Source: Alphaproteobacteria bacterium (GTDB lineage Bacteria; Pseudomonadota; Alphaproteobacteria; Micavibrionales; UBA2020). Taken from it: 64,000 nucleotides of DNA. The stretch spans positions 1,177,769-1,241,768 of the forward strand of contig JAEUKT010000002.1 of assembly GCA_016794125.1 (NCBI GenBank), read 5' to 3'. A program made the translations under genes and the position numbers. The notes beneath the pieces are model-generated. The model did no database searches and was not told the origin of the DNA. It worked only from the letters and a program-made list of their open reading frames with translations. Of this stretch, positions 9,461 through 19,241 are shown piece by piece. Each line of letters begins with the position of its first letter. Positions within the stretch are counted from its first letter, which is position 1.

Positions 9461-9973
9461 ATGCTGAAACTTCTCATGTCCGCTACGACGGATGAAGCGG
9501 GTAACATATCCGCGCCAAAAGTCCTCGAGGCCGATGCCAGCGCCTATGGCAACGAACTGGCCGCGCTGCAGGCAGCATCGACCTTTATGCAGAAGCAGGG
9601 GCTTGATGTGCTGCCTGTCACTTATGGTCACGGCATCGTGACGCTGTCAAAGGGCGACGATCTTGCCAAAAAGGCCGACGACCTGTTTTACAGCGCGAAC
9701 GCCTTCAGCCTGCGCGGCCTGCCGAGCCTGACCGCGCCCGAGCTGAAGCTCGGCGAGCCCGAGCGTGCGCGCGATATCGGACAGGCCGCGCATAGCGCGC
9801 TGCGTATCGCCCAGAAATTCAACCGCAAAGTGTCGTTCATGTTCAACAATGTCGCTATCCGCGATGTGGAGCCGAAGGCGGATATTACCAAAGCGGATAT
9901 CGACGCGATTTCGGCTAAATACAGCGTAGGTTACAAAGCGCTTTATGGTGCGGGCGGCGGCTTCAAGACCTGA
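9461..9973 (+). CDS. Hypothetical protein (170 aa)
   Basis: RBS AAGGA, 12 nt after the previous stop (probable operon), genome-typical codons. Confidence 0.75.
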   Translation: MLKLLMSATTDEAGNISAPKVLEADASAYGNELAALQAASTFMQKQGLDVLPVTYGHGIVTLSKGDDLAKKADDLFYSANAFSLRGLPSLTAPELKLGEPERARDIGQAAHSALRIAQKFNRKVSFMFNNVAIRDVEPKADITKADIDAISAKYSVGYKALYGAGGGFKT

Positions 9974-11040
9974 GGCTGAACAGGCGCAATCGCGGCGACT
10001 GCCTGCGGTTTTTCGGCGGCCGTGTTGATCGCCGCTTTCACATCCGGCATTTTCGCGAAGCTGTCATTGGCGGGCAGCAGGGCGGGCACGGGGCGCGCGA
10101 TCGTGGGCGTGGCAGCTTTCGCGGGTTTGAACTTCTGGACTGTTTTCTTCACATATGCGACTGCGGTGCGCAGGTAAGGCTTCACGGCTTTTCCAACCGG
10201 CTGCGTCGCCACGCCCGCGATCAGCCCCACGCCACCATGAAGGGCAAGCGACGCCGCGCCCTGCACCAGCGTATTCGATGACAGGTAACCCAGCGCGGCG
10301 TTCGCAATGTGATCCGCGCCCGGTATGCCATGCACCAGCATCGTGCCGCCGACCACGAACATCGCGGCGGAACCCAGCACGCCGATCGCCTTGATCAGCT
10401 TGGGCGCGATGCGCACCAGACCTTCGCCGGCCTTGCGCACGGTTTTCGAGAAAATGCTGTCGCCCTTTTTGGCGGCCATGCTGTCGCCCAGGTCGTCGAG
10501 CTTGATGACGCCCGCAACCGTGGCATACACCCCGACCGTCATGGCAAGCGCTGTCGCCGCCAGCGTGCCCAGCTGGATCAGGAACGGCGCGCCCGCGACG
10601 GTGAGCAGCGATACTGTCGTGATTTCGGCGGACAGCAGAAGGTCGGTGCGGATGGCATGCTTGATATGCTGTTTTTCCCATCCGGCATGATCCTGCGCAT
10701 GGGCCTCGTTCGCTTCGGGCTTCGGCGCCTTCATCTTGCGGTGGACAATTTTTTCCATCGCGTCATAACACAGCAGCGCGCCGCCCGCCGCGAGCATCGG
10801 GACAATCAATCCGGGCATGGTGAAGGTGAGCCCCAGCGCGGTCGGGATCAGGATGGCTTTATTCTTGAGCGCGCCCTTGAACACCTGCCAGACCATCGGC
10901 AGCTTGCGGTGGCTCTGCCCGCCGATCAGCAGGTTGCAGGCAATCGCCGTGTCGTCGCCGACCACGCCCAGCGTCTGCACCGCCGCGCGTTGCGACAGGG
11001 CAGCGATTTCTCCCAGCTGTGCGGCGAAGCCTGCCGACAT
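9943..11040 (-). CDS. DUF808 paralog 3, divergent, with C-terminal Pro/Ala/Lys extension
   Basis: QTLGVVGDDTAIA, TDLLLSAEITT, GVIKLDDLG, GSAAMFVVGGTMLVHG; tail PANDSFAKMPDVKAAINTAAEKPQ...KPPPAP. Start revised to 11040 by alignment with the other copies. Confidence 0.85.
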   Translation of the reverse strand: MSAGFAAQLGEIAALSQRAAVQTLGVVGDDTAIACNLLIGGQSHRKLPMVWQVFKGALKNKAILIPTALGLTFTMPGLIVPMLAAGGALLCYDAMEKIVHRKMKAPKPEANEAHAQDHAGWEKQHIKHAIRTDLLLSAEITTVSLLTVAGAPFLIQLGTLAATALAMTVGVYATVAGVIKLDDLGDSMAAKKGDSIFSKTVRKAGEGLVRIAPKLIKAIGVLGSAAMFVVGGTMLVHGIPGADHIANAALGYLSSNTLVQGAASLALHGGVGLIAGVATQPVGKAVKPYLRTAVAYVKKTVQKFKPAKAATPTIARPVPALLPANDSFAKMPDVKAAINTAAEKPQAVAAIAPVQPQVLKPPPAP

Positions 11041-11122
11041 GCGCGATGATCTTTCTGTTGTTGAACGACAGAAAAGATACCCCATGGGGTACAATAAGGA
11101 AAGTATTATGTAACTTATTGAT

Positions 11123-12169
11123 TTAGAAGCGATAACCGAGGCTGACAGTGCCGAAAATCGACGGGTCGTCCTGTTTGTCGAATTCCTTCGTCCGGTACAT
11201 CAGCGCATAGGATAGGCGCGTATGGCCATAGGTAAAGGCGATACCTGCGCTGGCATCGCCCACGAAGGGTTTTTTATCGACGCTATAGCTGTCGGCAAAG
11301 GTGTTGCCATCCAGAAAGATGTTGCGGGCAACCGCGCGGCCTTCGATGCCGCCGAACAGGTGCCAGCTGAATTTGCCGTCATCCACGATGAACGCGCCGG
11401 TGCCGGGCATGGCGGGGCGCACGCGGGCGGGGTCGTCCTGAAACCTCCCCGACGACGGGCTGAGGCGCAGGGACAAGCCCGCATTCGTATAGGTATAGAT
11501 ATTGCCGAGCGTCACGCCGAAATGCGGCTCCACCCCCGCGGACAATCCCAGCGGGCCTTCAAACCCGTAACGCTCCGGCCAACGGCGCTGCCAGCTGAGC
11601 ATCAGCCCCGGCTCGTTCGACAGCTGGTTGTCCCAACCGCGCGGCGTGGGGCTGTCGGAAATATGTTCATGCACGAATGTCTGCACCTGCCGCCCCAGCG
11701 CCGCAGGGCCGACCACGCCCAACGTCGCCTCGATTTCATCAATATGGTTGTCGGTCACGCTGACAAGTCCGGCGGAGGTGTAAAGGAACGCGGCCCAAGG
11801 CCTGTCATTCGGGTCCTGTGTCACCCGCGTGATGTCCTTCGGCGTGTACAGGTTATGGCCGAGCGTATAATAGACGCTGGTCGTCGGGTTGATCGAAAAG
11901 GTCGGGATTAGCCTGTCGAGCACATCGAAAATTTCGGGCGGGCGCTTGCCCATGTCGAAATAGGTGATGCGCGCGCCGTTGGTGTAATTCTGGTCGGTGC
12001 CGCCGCCATACAGGTCGTTTTCGGAATTCAGCGTGATGAATTTGCGGTCCTTCACATTGACCAGCCGCTGGGCGATCTGCTGCTGTAACGTCTCTTTCTG
12101 CTCCTCCGCGCGGGCGGGGGAGGCGAGTAACAATGCGGCGAGCAGGAATGGCAGGATGACCGGTCTCAT
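11123..12169 (-). CDS. Lipid A deacylase LpxR family (DUF2219) outer-membrane protein
   Basis: Signal peptide, ENDLYGGGTDQNYTNG, DRPWAAFLY, ARNIFLDGNTF, C-terminal aromatic YRF. Start uncertain (12169-12217). Confidence 0.85.
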   Translation of the reverse strand: MRPVILPFLLAALLLASPARAEEQKETLQQQIAQRLVNVKDRKFITLNSENDLYGGGTDQNYTNGARITYFDMGKRPPEIFDVLDRLIPTFSINPTTSVYYTLGHNLYTPKDITRVTQDPNDRPWAAFLYTSAGLVSVTDNHIDEIEATLGVVGPAALGRQVQTFVHEHISDSPTPRGWDNQLSNEPGLMLSWQRRWPERYGFEGPLGLSAGVEPHFGVTLGNIYTYTNAGLSLRLSPSSGRFQDDPARVRPAMPGTGAFIVDDGKFSWHLFGGIEGRAVARNIFLDGNTFADSYSVDKKPFVGDASAGIAFTYGHTRLSYALMYRTKEFDKQDDPSIFGTVSLGYRF

Positions 12170-12235
12170 AACGCATCCTAACATGCGGCGGGGCATCCGG
12201 TTCAACAGGGTTCCCAAGAATTCCGGCAGTGATGC

Positions 12236-12274
12236 AAAAAAACAAGCCGCCCGTTTGAAGGGGCGGCTTGTTTT
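12236..12274 (-). terminator. Intrinsic terminator of the gcv operon
   Basis: AACAAGCCGCCC/GGGCGGCTTGTT stem flanked by A and T runs. Confidence 0.8.
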
Positions 12275-12289
12275 CGGATAATCAGATGC

Positions 12290-15172
12290 TTACGCAGCTT
12301 CCGAATACGCCTCGATCGGCGGGCAGGCGCAGACAAGGTTGCGGTCGCCGGCCGCATGGTCGATGCGGTTGACGGGCGGCCAGTATTTATCGCCGACCAG
12401 ATGCGCCGCCGGGAATGCGCCGTCATGGCGGGAATAGGGGCGTTCCCACTTCTCCGCCGTCAGGTCGCCGAGCGTATGCGGGGCGAGCTGCAGGGGGTTG
12501 TTGCCCTGCGGCCATGTGCCTTTTTCCACTTTTTCGATTTCCATGCGGATAACCGTCAAGGCCTCGATGAAACGGTCCAGCTCCGCCTTGCTCTCGCTCT
12601 CCGTCGGCTCGATCATCAGCGTGCCGGGGACGGGGAAAGACATGGTGGGCGCGTGGAAACCGAAATCCATCAGGCGTTTGGCGATATCGTCGACGCTGAT
12701 ATTCGCGGATGTTTTCAGCGGGCGCGTATCAAGGATGCATTCATGCGCCACAAAGCCGTTCTTGCCTTTGTACAGCGTCACGTAATGCTTCTCGAGCTTT
12801 TTCGCGATGTAGTTGGCGTTCAGGATCGCCACCTGCGTCGCGCGTTTCAGCCCCTCCGTGCCCATAAGCGTGATATAGACCCACGAGATGGGGAGGATTG
12901 ATGCCGAGCCATAGGGCGCGGCGGATACAGGGCCAATCGCATCTTCGCCGCCCACGCCGCCCACCAGCGGATGGCCGGGCAGGAAGGGGGCAAGGTGTTC
13001 CGCAACGCCGATCGGGCCCATGCCGGGGCCGCCGCCGCCATGCGGGATGCAGAATGTTTTATGCAGGTTCATGTGCATGACATCCGCGCCGAATTTGCCG
13101 GGGCAGGCCAATCCGACCAGCGCGTTGAAATTCGCGCCGTCCATGTAAACCTGTCCGCCGTTGTCGTGGATGATCTTGCAGATCTCGCGGATTTCTTCCT
13201 CGAACACGCCATGCGTCGACGGATAGGTGACCATCAGCGCGGCGAGCCTTTCTTTGTGCTGCTCCGCCTTCGCGCGCAGGTCGGCGAGATCGACGTTGCC
13301 GTTTTCATCGCAGGCTGTGATGACAACTTCCATGCCCGCCATCACGGCGGTCGCGGGGTTGGTGCCATGCGCCGAAGACGGGATCAGGCAGATATTGCGG
13401 TGCGACTGACCCTTCGATTCATGATAGGCGCGAATGACCAGCAGGCCGGAATATTCGCCCTGCGACCCTGCGTTGGGCTGCAGCGTCACCGCCGCAAAAC
13501 CCGTCAGACTGCACAGCTTCGCTTCCAGATCTTTCAGCATCAGTTTATATCCCTGCGCCTGATCAAGCGGCGCGAAGGGGTGCATGTTGCCGAATTCGGG
13601 CCAGGTGACGGGGATCATTTCCGCCGTCGCGTTCAGCTTCATCGTGCAGGAACCCAGCGGGATCATGGAACGGTTCAGCGCGATGTCTTTCTGTTCCAGA
13701 TGGCGCAGGTAGCGCAGCATTTCCGTTTCGGAGCGGTATTGATGGAAGGTCGGGTGCTGCAGGTATTCCGATGTGCGTTTCAGCGATTGCGGAATGGCAT
13801 CCGCCACGCCCGCATCCAGCGCCTCGACCGAGAAACCCAGCGCGCCCTTGCCGGAGAACACCTGCCACAGGCGGAAGACTTCATCGCGCGTGGAGCGTTC
13901 ATCCAGCGACACGCCGATACGGCCGTCGCCGAAATCGCGCAGGTTGATTTCCTTGGCCTGCGCGCGGTCGAGAATTTCCTGCGCGTGGCTGCCGGTATCG
14001 ACCGTCACGGTGTCAAAGAAATGCTGGTTGGTGGAGCTGAAACCCAGCTTGCGCAAACCTTCCGCGAAAATCGCGGCAAGGCGGTGCGTGCGGGTCGCAA
14101 TCGTCTTCAGGCCTTCGGGGCCGTGATAGACGGCGTAGAAAGCGGCGATATTCGCCAGCAACACCTGCGCGGTGCAGATGTTCGACGTCGCCTTTTCGCG
14201 GCGGATATGCTGCTCGCGCGTTTGCAGGGCAAGGCGATAGGCTGCCTTGCCTTTGCTGTCGACCGACACGCCGACGATGCGGCCGGGGATGGAGCGTTTA
14301 TAGGCATCCTGCGCGGCAAAGAACGCGGCATGCGGGCCGCCGTATCCCAGCGGCACGCCGAAGCGCTGCGCCGATCCGAACACGATATCCGCGCCCCATT
14401 CGCCGGGCGGCTTCAGAAGCGTCAGCGCCAGCAGGTCGGTCGCAACCGCAACCGCCATGTTTTTCGATTTTGCTTTTGCCGCCAGCGCGCCGTAATCGAC
14501 GACTGCGCCGGATGTGCCGGGGTATTGCAGCAGGATGGCAAAACCGTCTTTTTCAATCAGGTCGCCAGCTTTGCCCACGACGACTTCGATGCCCAGCGGT
14601 TTCGCGCGCGTTTCCACAACCGCAATCGTTTGCGGGTGGCAGTCATCCGCCACAAGGAATACGTTGCTGGTCGATGATCCGACGCGTTTCGCCAGCGTCA
14701 TCGCTTCGGCGGCCGATGTCGCTTCATCCAGCATTGATGCGTTGGCAAGCGGCATGCCTGTCAAATCCATCGTCACCTGCTGGAAATTGATCATCGCTTC
14801 CAGACGACCCTGGGAAATTTCGGGCTGGTAGGGCGTATAGGCGGTGTACCAGCCGGGATTTTGCAGCACGTTGCGCAAAATCACGTTCGGCGTGATGGTG
14901 TCGTAGTAACCCGCGCCGATCAGCGAGCGGTAAACCTTGTTCTGTTTCGCCATGCTTTCCAAAAGCGCCAGTGCGTCATGTTCCGTCATCGGCTCGCCGG
15001 TGACGGGCGCCGATTTTTCGCGGATGGCGGCGGGCACGGATTTGTTCGTCAAATCGTCAAGGCTGGATGCGCCCACGGTGCGCAACATCGCGGCAATATC
15101 GGATTCCGAAGGCCCGATATGGCGGCGGATAAAATCGGTGCGTTGTTCAAGGTCCTGGATCGTCTGCGGCAT
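12290..15172 (-). CDS. gcvP: Glycine dehydrogenase (decarboxylating), P protein
   Basis: [41 protein letters not shown]-lysine [18 protein letters not shown]. Confidence 0.99.
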   Translation of the reverse strand: MPQTIQDLEQRTDFIRRHIGPSESDIAAMLRTVGASSLDDLTNKSVPAAIREKSAPVTGEPMTEHDALALLESMAKQNKVYRSLIGAGYYDTITPNVILRNVLQNPGWYTAYTPYQPEISQGRLEAMINFQQVTMDLTGMPLANASMLDEATSAAEAMTLAKRVGSSTSNVFLVADDCHPQTIAVVETRAKPLGIEVVVGKAGDLIEKDGFAILLQYPGTSGAVVDYGALAAKAKSKNMAVAVATDLLALTLLKPPGEWGADIVFGSAQRFGVPLGYGGPHAAFFAAQDAYKRSIPGRIVGVSVDSKGKAAYRLALQTREQHIRREKATSNICTAQVLLANIAAFYAVYHGPEGLKTIATRTHRLAAIFAEGLRKLGFSSTNQHFFDTVTVDTGSHAQEILDRAQAKEINLRDFGDGRIGVSLDERSTRDEVFRLWQVFSGKGALGFSVEALDAGVADAIPQSLKRTSEYLQHPTFHQYRSETEMLRYLRHLEQKDIALNRSMIPLGSCTMKLNATAEMIPVTWPEFGNMHPFAPLDQAQGYKLMLKDLEAKLCSLTGFAAVTLQPNAGSQGEYSGLLVIRAYHESKGQSHRNICLIPSSAHGTNPATAVMAGMEVVITACDENGNVDLADLRAKAEQHKERLAALMVTYPSTHGVFEEEIREICKIIHDNGGQVYMDGANFNALVGLACPGKFGADVMHMNLHKTFCIPHGGGGPGMGPIGVAEHLAPFLPGHPLVGGVGGEDAIGPVSAAPYGSASILPISWVYITLMGTEGLKRATQVAILNANYIAKKLEKHYVTLYKGKNGFVAHECILDTRPLKTSANISVDDIAKRLMDFGFHAPTMSFPVPGTLMIEPTESESKAELDRFIEALTVIRMEIEKVEKGTWPQGNNPLQLAPHTLGDLTAEKWERPYSRHDGAFPAAHLVGDKYWPPVNRIDHAAGDRNLVCACPPIEAYSEAA

Positions 15173-15176
15173 GCGC

Positions 15177-15551
15177 TTAAAGTCCTTTAATGTATTCATT
15201 GTATGCGGCTTCGTCTTTCAGCCCGGCGAGGTCGTTTTCGTTGGCGATCTTCACTTTGAAGAACCATGCCTTGCCCAGCGGGTCGGTGTTGACCAGCGCG
15301 GGATCGCCCGACAGGTCGCCGTTGATCTCGACCACTTCGCCGGAAACGGGGGAATACAGTTCGGATGCGGATTTCACAGATTCAACCACGCCCGCCTGAC
15401 CGCCCTTGGTCAGAGTCGCGCCGATTTTCGGCAGTTCGACGTAAACGACGTCGCCCAGCGCCTTTTGCGCGAAATCGGTCACGCCGACGGTGCCGACGCC
15501 GTTTTCGATGCGGATATATTCATGGTCTTCGCTGAACAGGATCTTGGTCAT
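15177..15551 (-). CDS. gcvH: Glycine cleavage H protein
   Basis: [19 protein letters not shown], lipoyl-lysine [16 protein letters not shown]. Confidence 0.99.
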   Translation of the reverse strand: MTKILFSEDHEYIRIENGVGTVGVTDFAQKALGDVVYVELPKIGATLTKGGQAGVVESVKSASELYSPVSGEVVEINGDLSGDPALVNTDPLGKAWFFKVKIANENDLAGLKDEAAYNEYIKGL

Positions 15552-15564
15552 TTTTGTTTTCCCT

Positions 15565-16695
15565 TTAGTCTTTTTTGTAATTGGTTTTGACGAATGGCAG
15601 CGCCACGATTTCGCACGGACGCGCCACGCCGCGCAGCATGGCGTTCAGTTTGGTGCCGGTCTTGGCGACATCGGCGTTGACGTATCCCATCGCGACAGGC
15701 CCATCGACCGTGGGGCCGAAACCGCCGGAGGTGATCACGCCCACTTTTTTGTCGCCGACGAACAATTCGGTCTTTTCGCGGATCGGCGCGCGGCCTTCGG
15801 GTTTAATCCCGACGCGCAGGATAAAGGGGCTGCCGTCCAGCTGCTTTTTAATCTTGTCGTAGCCCGGGAAACCGCCCTGTTCGCGGCGGCGTTTCGGGAT
15901 CACCCATTTCAGGTTCGCGTCGATGGGCGTCGAATGGTCGTCGATGTCATGGCCGTAGAGGCAAAGCCCCGCTTCAAGGCGCAGGCTGTCACGCGCGCCA
16001 AGGCCGATGAGTTTCACTTCCGGTTCCTGCAGCAGCTCCTTGGTGAACTCTACCGCGAAAGATTCCGGCACCGAAATTTCAAACCCGTCTTCGCCGGTAT
16101 AGCCGGAGCGCGACAGGAAAATTTCATGGCCTTTGTATGAAGTCTTCACGGATTCCATGAATTTCATCTTCAGCACATCGGGGAAGAAGATGGAGGCGAC
16201 TTGCTCCGCCTTCGGCCCCTGCAGCGCCAGCAGCGCGCGGTCGCCCAGATATTGCAGCTTCGTGCGGCTGCCGATTTTCGACTGGATGAAGGCGAAATCC
16301 TTTTCCTTGCAGGCGGCGTTCACCACCACCAGCAGCGTACGCGCATCCCAGCGGGTCACCATCAGGTCGTCGATAATGCCGCCGTCGTCGTTCAGCAAAA
16401 CGGTATAGCGCATCTTGCCGGGTTCAAGGCCGATGATGTCGCCCGGCACGATGGTTTCAAGGGCGATGGCGGGGTCGGCATCGTTGCCGGTCAAAACCGC
16501 CTGACCCATATGGGAAACATCGAACAGGCCGGCTGCCGTGCGGGTATGCACATGTTCCTTCAACACGCCCATGCCGTCATACTGCACGGGCATGTCATAA
16601 CCCGCGAAAGGCACCATTTTTCCGCCCATAGAGGTATGGAGCGGCCAGAGCGCGGTTTTGAGGAGGGGGGCGTCGGTTTTTTGAGCGGCTTCCAA
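15565..16695 (-). CDS. gcvT: Glycine cleavage T protein (aminomethyltransferase), TTG start
   Basis: MVPFAGYDMP, GLFDVSHMG, RSGYTGEDGFE, GLGARDSLRLEAGLCLYG. Confidence 0.99.
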   Translation of the reverse strand: MEAAQKTDAPLLKTALWPLHTSMGGKMVPFAGYDMPVQYDGMGVLKEHVHTRTAAGLFDVSHMGQAVLTGNDADPAIALETIVPGDIIGLEPGKMRYTVLLNDDGGIIDDLMVTRWDARTLLVVVNAACKEKDFAFIQSKIGSRTKLQYLGDRALLALQGPKAEQVASIFFPDVLKMKFMESVKTSYKGHEIFLSRSGYTGEDGFEISVPESFAVEFTKELLQEPEVKLIGLGARDSLRLEAGLCLYGHDIDDHSTPIDANLKWVIPKRRREQGGFPGYDKIKKQLDGSPFILRVGIKPEGRAPIREKTELFVGDKKVGVITSGGFGPTVDGPVAMGYVNADVAKTGTKLNAMLRGVARPCEIVALPFVKTNYKKD

Positions 16696-16734
16696 GGCAA
16701 ATTCCTTTACATAGTCAGTCGGAAACTTGCCCCG

Positions 16735-16909
16735 CTCTGTCTTCTTTGCCTTAGAGATTCCGCACTGTTACCAGATGCTTGCTCCTTTGGCGCGGCTGCA
16801 GCCGCTTTCCAGAGTACGAGTGACCGCGCGGTCCTTTTGCCTGAGAGTTTTCCGGGGTGATTGCTCCTTCGGCGCCGGTCTTTCAACCGGTCTCTCCCGC
16901 GCGGCGGTC
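16735..16909 (-). ncRNA. Tandem glycine riboswitch in the gcvT leader
   Basis: Aptamer 1 (about 16822-16909): GGGAGAGA..CGCCGAAGGAGCAA..ACTCTCAGGCAAAAGGAC. Aptamer 2 (about 16735-16814): CTCTGGAAAG..CGCCAAAGGAGCAA..TCTCTAAGGCAAAGAAGACAGAG. Confidence 0.95.
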
Positions 16910-16981
16910 GCTTTGTAGTGATTGACACTAAACCCTCTTGCCCTAAAGTCAACTAAAGGAAAGACGGGCAGGGGAAACAAC

Positions 16982-18079
16982 ATGGCCACACAATCGCAAC
17001 GCGCATCGACACCGGTGCTGGTTTCCAGCTATGCGCTTGGTTTCATTGTTTTTTGCCTGATCGTTTATATCCTCAGCGTCGCCGCCAATATCCTGATCCC
17101 CTTCGTGATCGCGGTTTTCGTCTGGTACCTTATTAATGCGATGGCGCGCGGTCTGGGCCGCATCAAGCTGGGCGACACCTACCTGCCCCGATTCTTCTGC
17201 TTCCTGTTCGCCATGCTCGTCCTCGTCGGCGGGCTGTGGTTTGTTTACAAACTGATTTCCGTGAACGCGGTCGAGGTCTTGCGCGCCGCCCCCATCTACC
17301 AGAAAAAACTGATGGCCTTCCTGCCGCGCATGCTGTCGGGCCTGCCGCCCGAATATCAGGTCAGCCCGTCCGACCTTGGCACATACCTTGATGTCGGCGG
17401 TTTCATCAAATCGCTTGTCACCGCCTTCACGGGCATCGCGGGCAAATCGCTGGTCGTGCTGTTCTATACGGGCTTCCTGCTCTACGAACAGCAGTTTTTC
17501 GGCCGCAAGCTGCATGAAATGCTGCGCGAAAAAACCGCCGAAACGCGCATCCACAAGATCATCAAGAACATCGAGGACAAGATCCAGCGTTACATCTGGG
17601 TCAAAACCTTCGTCAGCGCGATTGCCGGCGTGGCCACATGGCTGATCCTGCTGGCGTTTAAAATCAGCTTCGCCGAATTCTGGGGCGTGATCGCGTTTAT
17701 CCTGCATTTCATTCCCTATGCGGGCGCGATTGCCGCCGTGGTGCTGCCCTGCGTGGCCGCGCTGGTGCAGATCGGCGATGCGGGCGACATGACGCAGCTG
17801 GCGTCGCTGATGCTGTTCCTGTCGGCGGTGCAGGTGTTCTGCACCAGCTTCCTTGACCCGCGCCTGATGGGCGACAGCCTGAACCTGTCCCCCATCGTCA
17901 TCATTTCGGCGATCGCCGCCTGGGGCGTGCTGTGGGGCGTGCCGGGCATGTTCCTGGCGGTGCCGATCCTGTCGGCCGCCGTCATCATCATGTCGCAGTT
18001 TGATAACACGAAGCCCATCGCCATTTTAATGTCGAAAACCGGCGATATCGAAAGCCACGGCCCGGGGAAAGACGCATGA
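16982..18079 (+). CDS. AI-2E family transporter
   Basis: Multi-TM; FWGVIAFILHFIPYAG, DPRLMGDSLNLSP, WGVLWGVPGMFLAVP. Start revised to 16982. Confidence 0.93.
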   Translation: MATQSQRASTPVLVSSYALGFIVFCLIVYILSVAANILIPFVIAVFVWYLINAMARGLGRIKLGDTYLPRFFCFLFAMLVLVGGLWFVYKLISVNAVEVLRAAPIYQKKLMAFLPRMLSGLPPEYQVSPSDLGTYLDVGGFIKSLVTAFTGIAGKSLVVLFYTGFLLYEQQFFGRKLHEMLREKTAETRIHKIIKNIEDKIQRYIWVKTFVSAIAGVATWLILLAFKISFAEFWGVIAFILHFIPYAGAIAAVVLPCVAALVQIGDAGDMTQLASLMLFLSAVQVFCTSFLDPRLMGDSLNLSPIVIISAIAAWGVLWGVPGMFLAVPILSAAVIIMSQFDNTKPIAILMSKTGDIESHGPGKDA

Positions 18080-19191
18080 CGGTGAAACAATCCGCCCCCG
18101 CGCCGGTCAACAAGGCGCACAGCCTTGCGCTGGGCTTTATCGCGGCCTGCCTGTTCATTTACATCTGCCGGATCGGCGCGAACGTCATCATGCCGTTTGT
18201 GATCTCGCTGTTCATCTGGTACCTGATCAACGCGATTGCGCGCTTCCTGGGTCTGCTCTCGACAAAATCGGGATACAAGCTGCCGCGCATCTGGCGGTTC
18301 GTTTTCGCGCATGTCATCATCGGGCTTGTCGGGTTTTTGCTGTATAAAATGGTCAGCGCGAATATCGACGACGTGATGCGCGAGGCGCCGAAATACGGCG
18401 ACAGCTTCGACAAGATACTGGCGGAACTGGCGCAGCGGTTGAACCTCGACCACACGCCCACGCTGCACGAAGCGTTCAAGGAAATCTTCGGCAACTATGT
18501 CGATATCGGCCAGTTCATCACCGTTTTTGCGGGCATGCTGACCGGCATCGCGGGCAAGACGATCATCATCCTGTTCTATGTCGGATTCATGCTGTACGAA
18601 CAGCGCTGGTTCAACCGCAAGATGAAGCTGATGATCACCGACAAGGAACGCGAGGCGCATGTGCGCCACGTGCTGAAGGTCATCGACACCAAAATCCAGA
18701 AATACATCGGCGTGAAGGCCTTCGTATCGCTGCTCGATTCATTCCTGACGTTTTTGATACTCACCTATTTCAAGGTCGATTTCGCGGGCTTCTGGGGCGT
18801 GATGGCGTTCTTCCTGCACTTCATTCCCTATGCGGGGTCGTTCGTCGCCGTCACCACGCCCTGCCTGATCGCGCTGATCCAGCATGGCGACCTGACGACC
18901 GTGGCGATGCTGCTGGCGACGCTGCTGACATCCCACGCCTTCCTCGGCCATATCCTTGATCCGTACCTGATGGGCAATAACCTGAACCTGTCGCCGATCT
19001 TCATCATCTCGAACTTGGCGATGTGGGGGATGCTGTGGGGCGTGCCGGGCATGTTCCTCGCCATCCCCATCCTTGCCATCACCACGATCGCCCTGTCGCA
19101 GTTTGAATCGACGCGGCCGGTAGCGGTGCTGTTTTCAAAGACTGGGCTGGACACGCATCCGAAACGCAGGCGGATGAAGCCGCAGGTTTAA
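18076..19191 (+). CDS. AI-2E family transporter, tandem paralog
   Basis: FWGVMAFFLHFIPYAG, DPYLMGNNLNLSP, WGMLWGVPGMFLAIP; ATGA overlap with the upstream gene. Confidence 0.93.
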   Translation: MTVKQSAPAPVNKAHSLALGFIAACLFIYICRIGANVIMPFVISLFIWYLINAIARFLGLLSTKSGYKLPRIWRFVFAHVIIGLVGFLLYKMVSANIDDVMREAPKYGDSFDKILAELAQRLNLDHTPTLHEAFKEIFGNYVDIGQFITVFAGMLTGIAGKTIIILFYVGFMLYEQRWFNRKMKLMITDKEREAHVRHVLKVIDTKIQKYIGVKAFVSLLDSFLTFLILTYFKVDFAGFWGVMAFFLHFIPYAGSFVAVTTPCLIALIQHGDLTTVAMLLATLLTSHAFLGHILDPYLMGNNLNLSPIFIISNLAMWGMLWGVPGMFLAIPILAITTIALSQFESTRPVAVLFSKTGLDTHPKRRRMKPQV

Positions 19192-19197
19192 CATTTA

Positions 19198-19225
19198 CGC
19201 CACCCCGCCCTTCGGCGGGGTGGCG
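19198..19225. terminator. GC-rich hairpin between convergent genes
   Basis: CGCCACCCCGCC/GGCGGGGTGGCG 12-bp stem; no long U tract. Confidence 0.5.
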
Positions 19226-19241
19226 AAGGTGAGAGAGGGTG

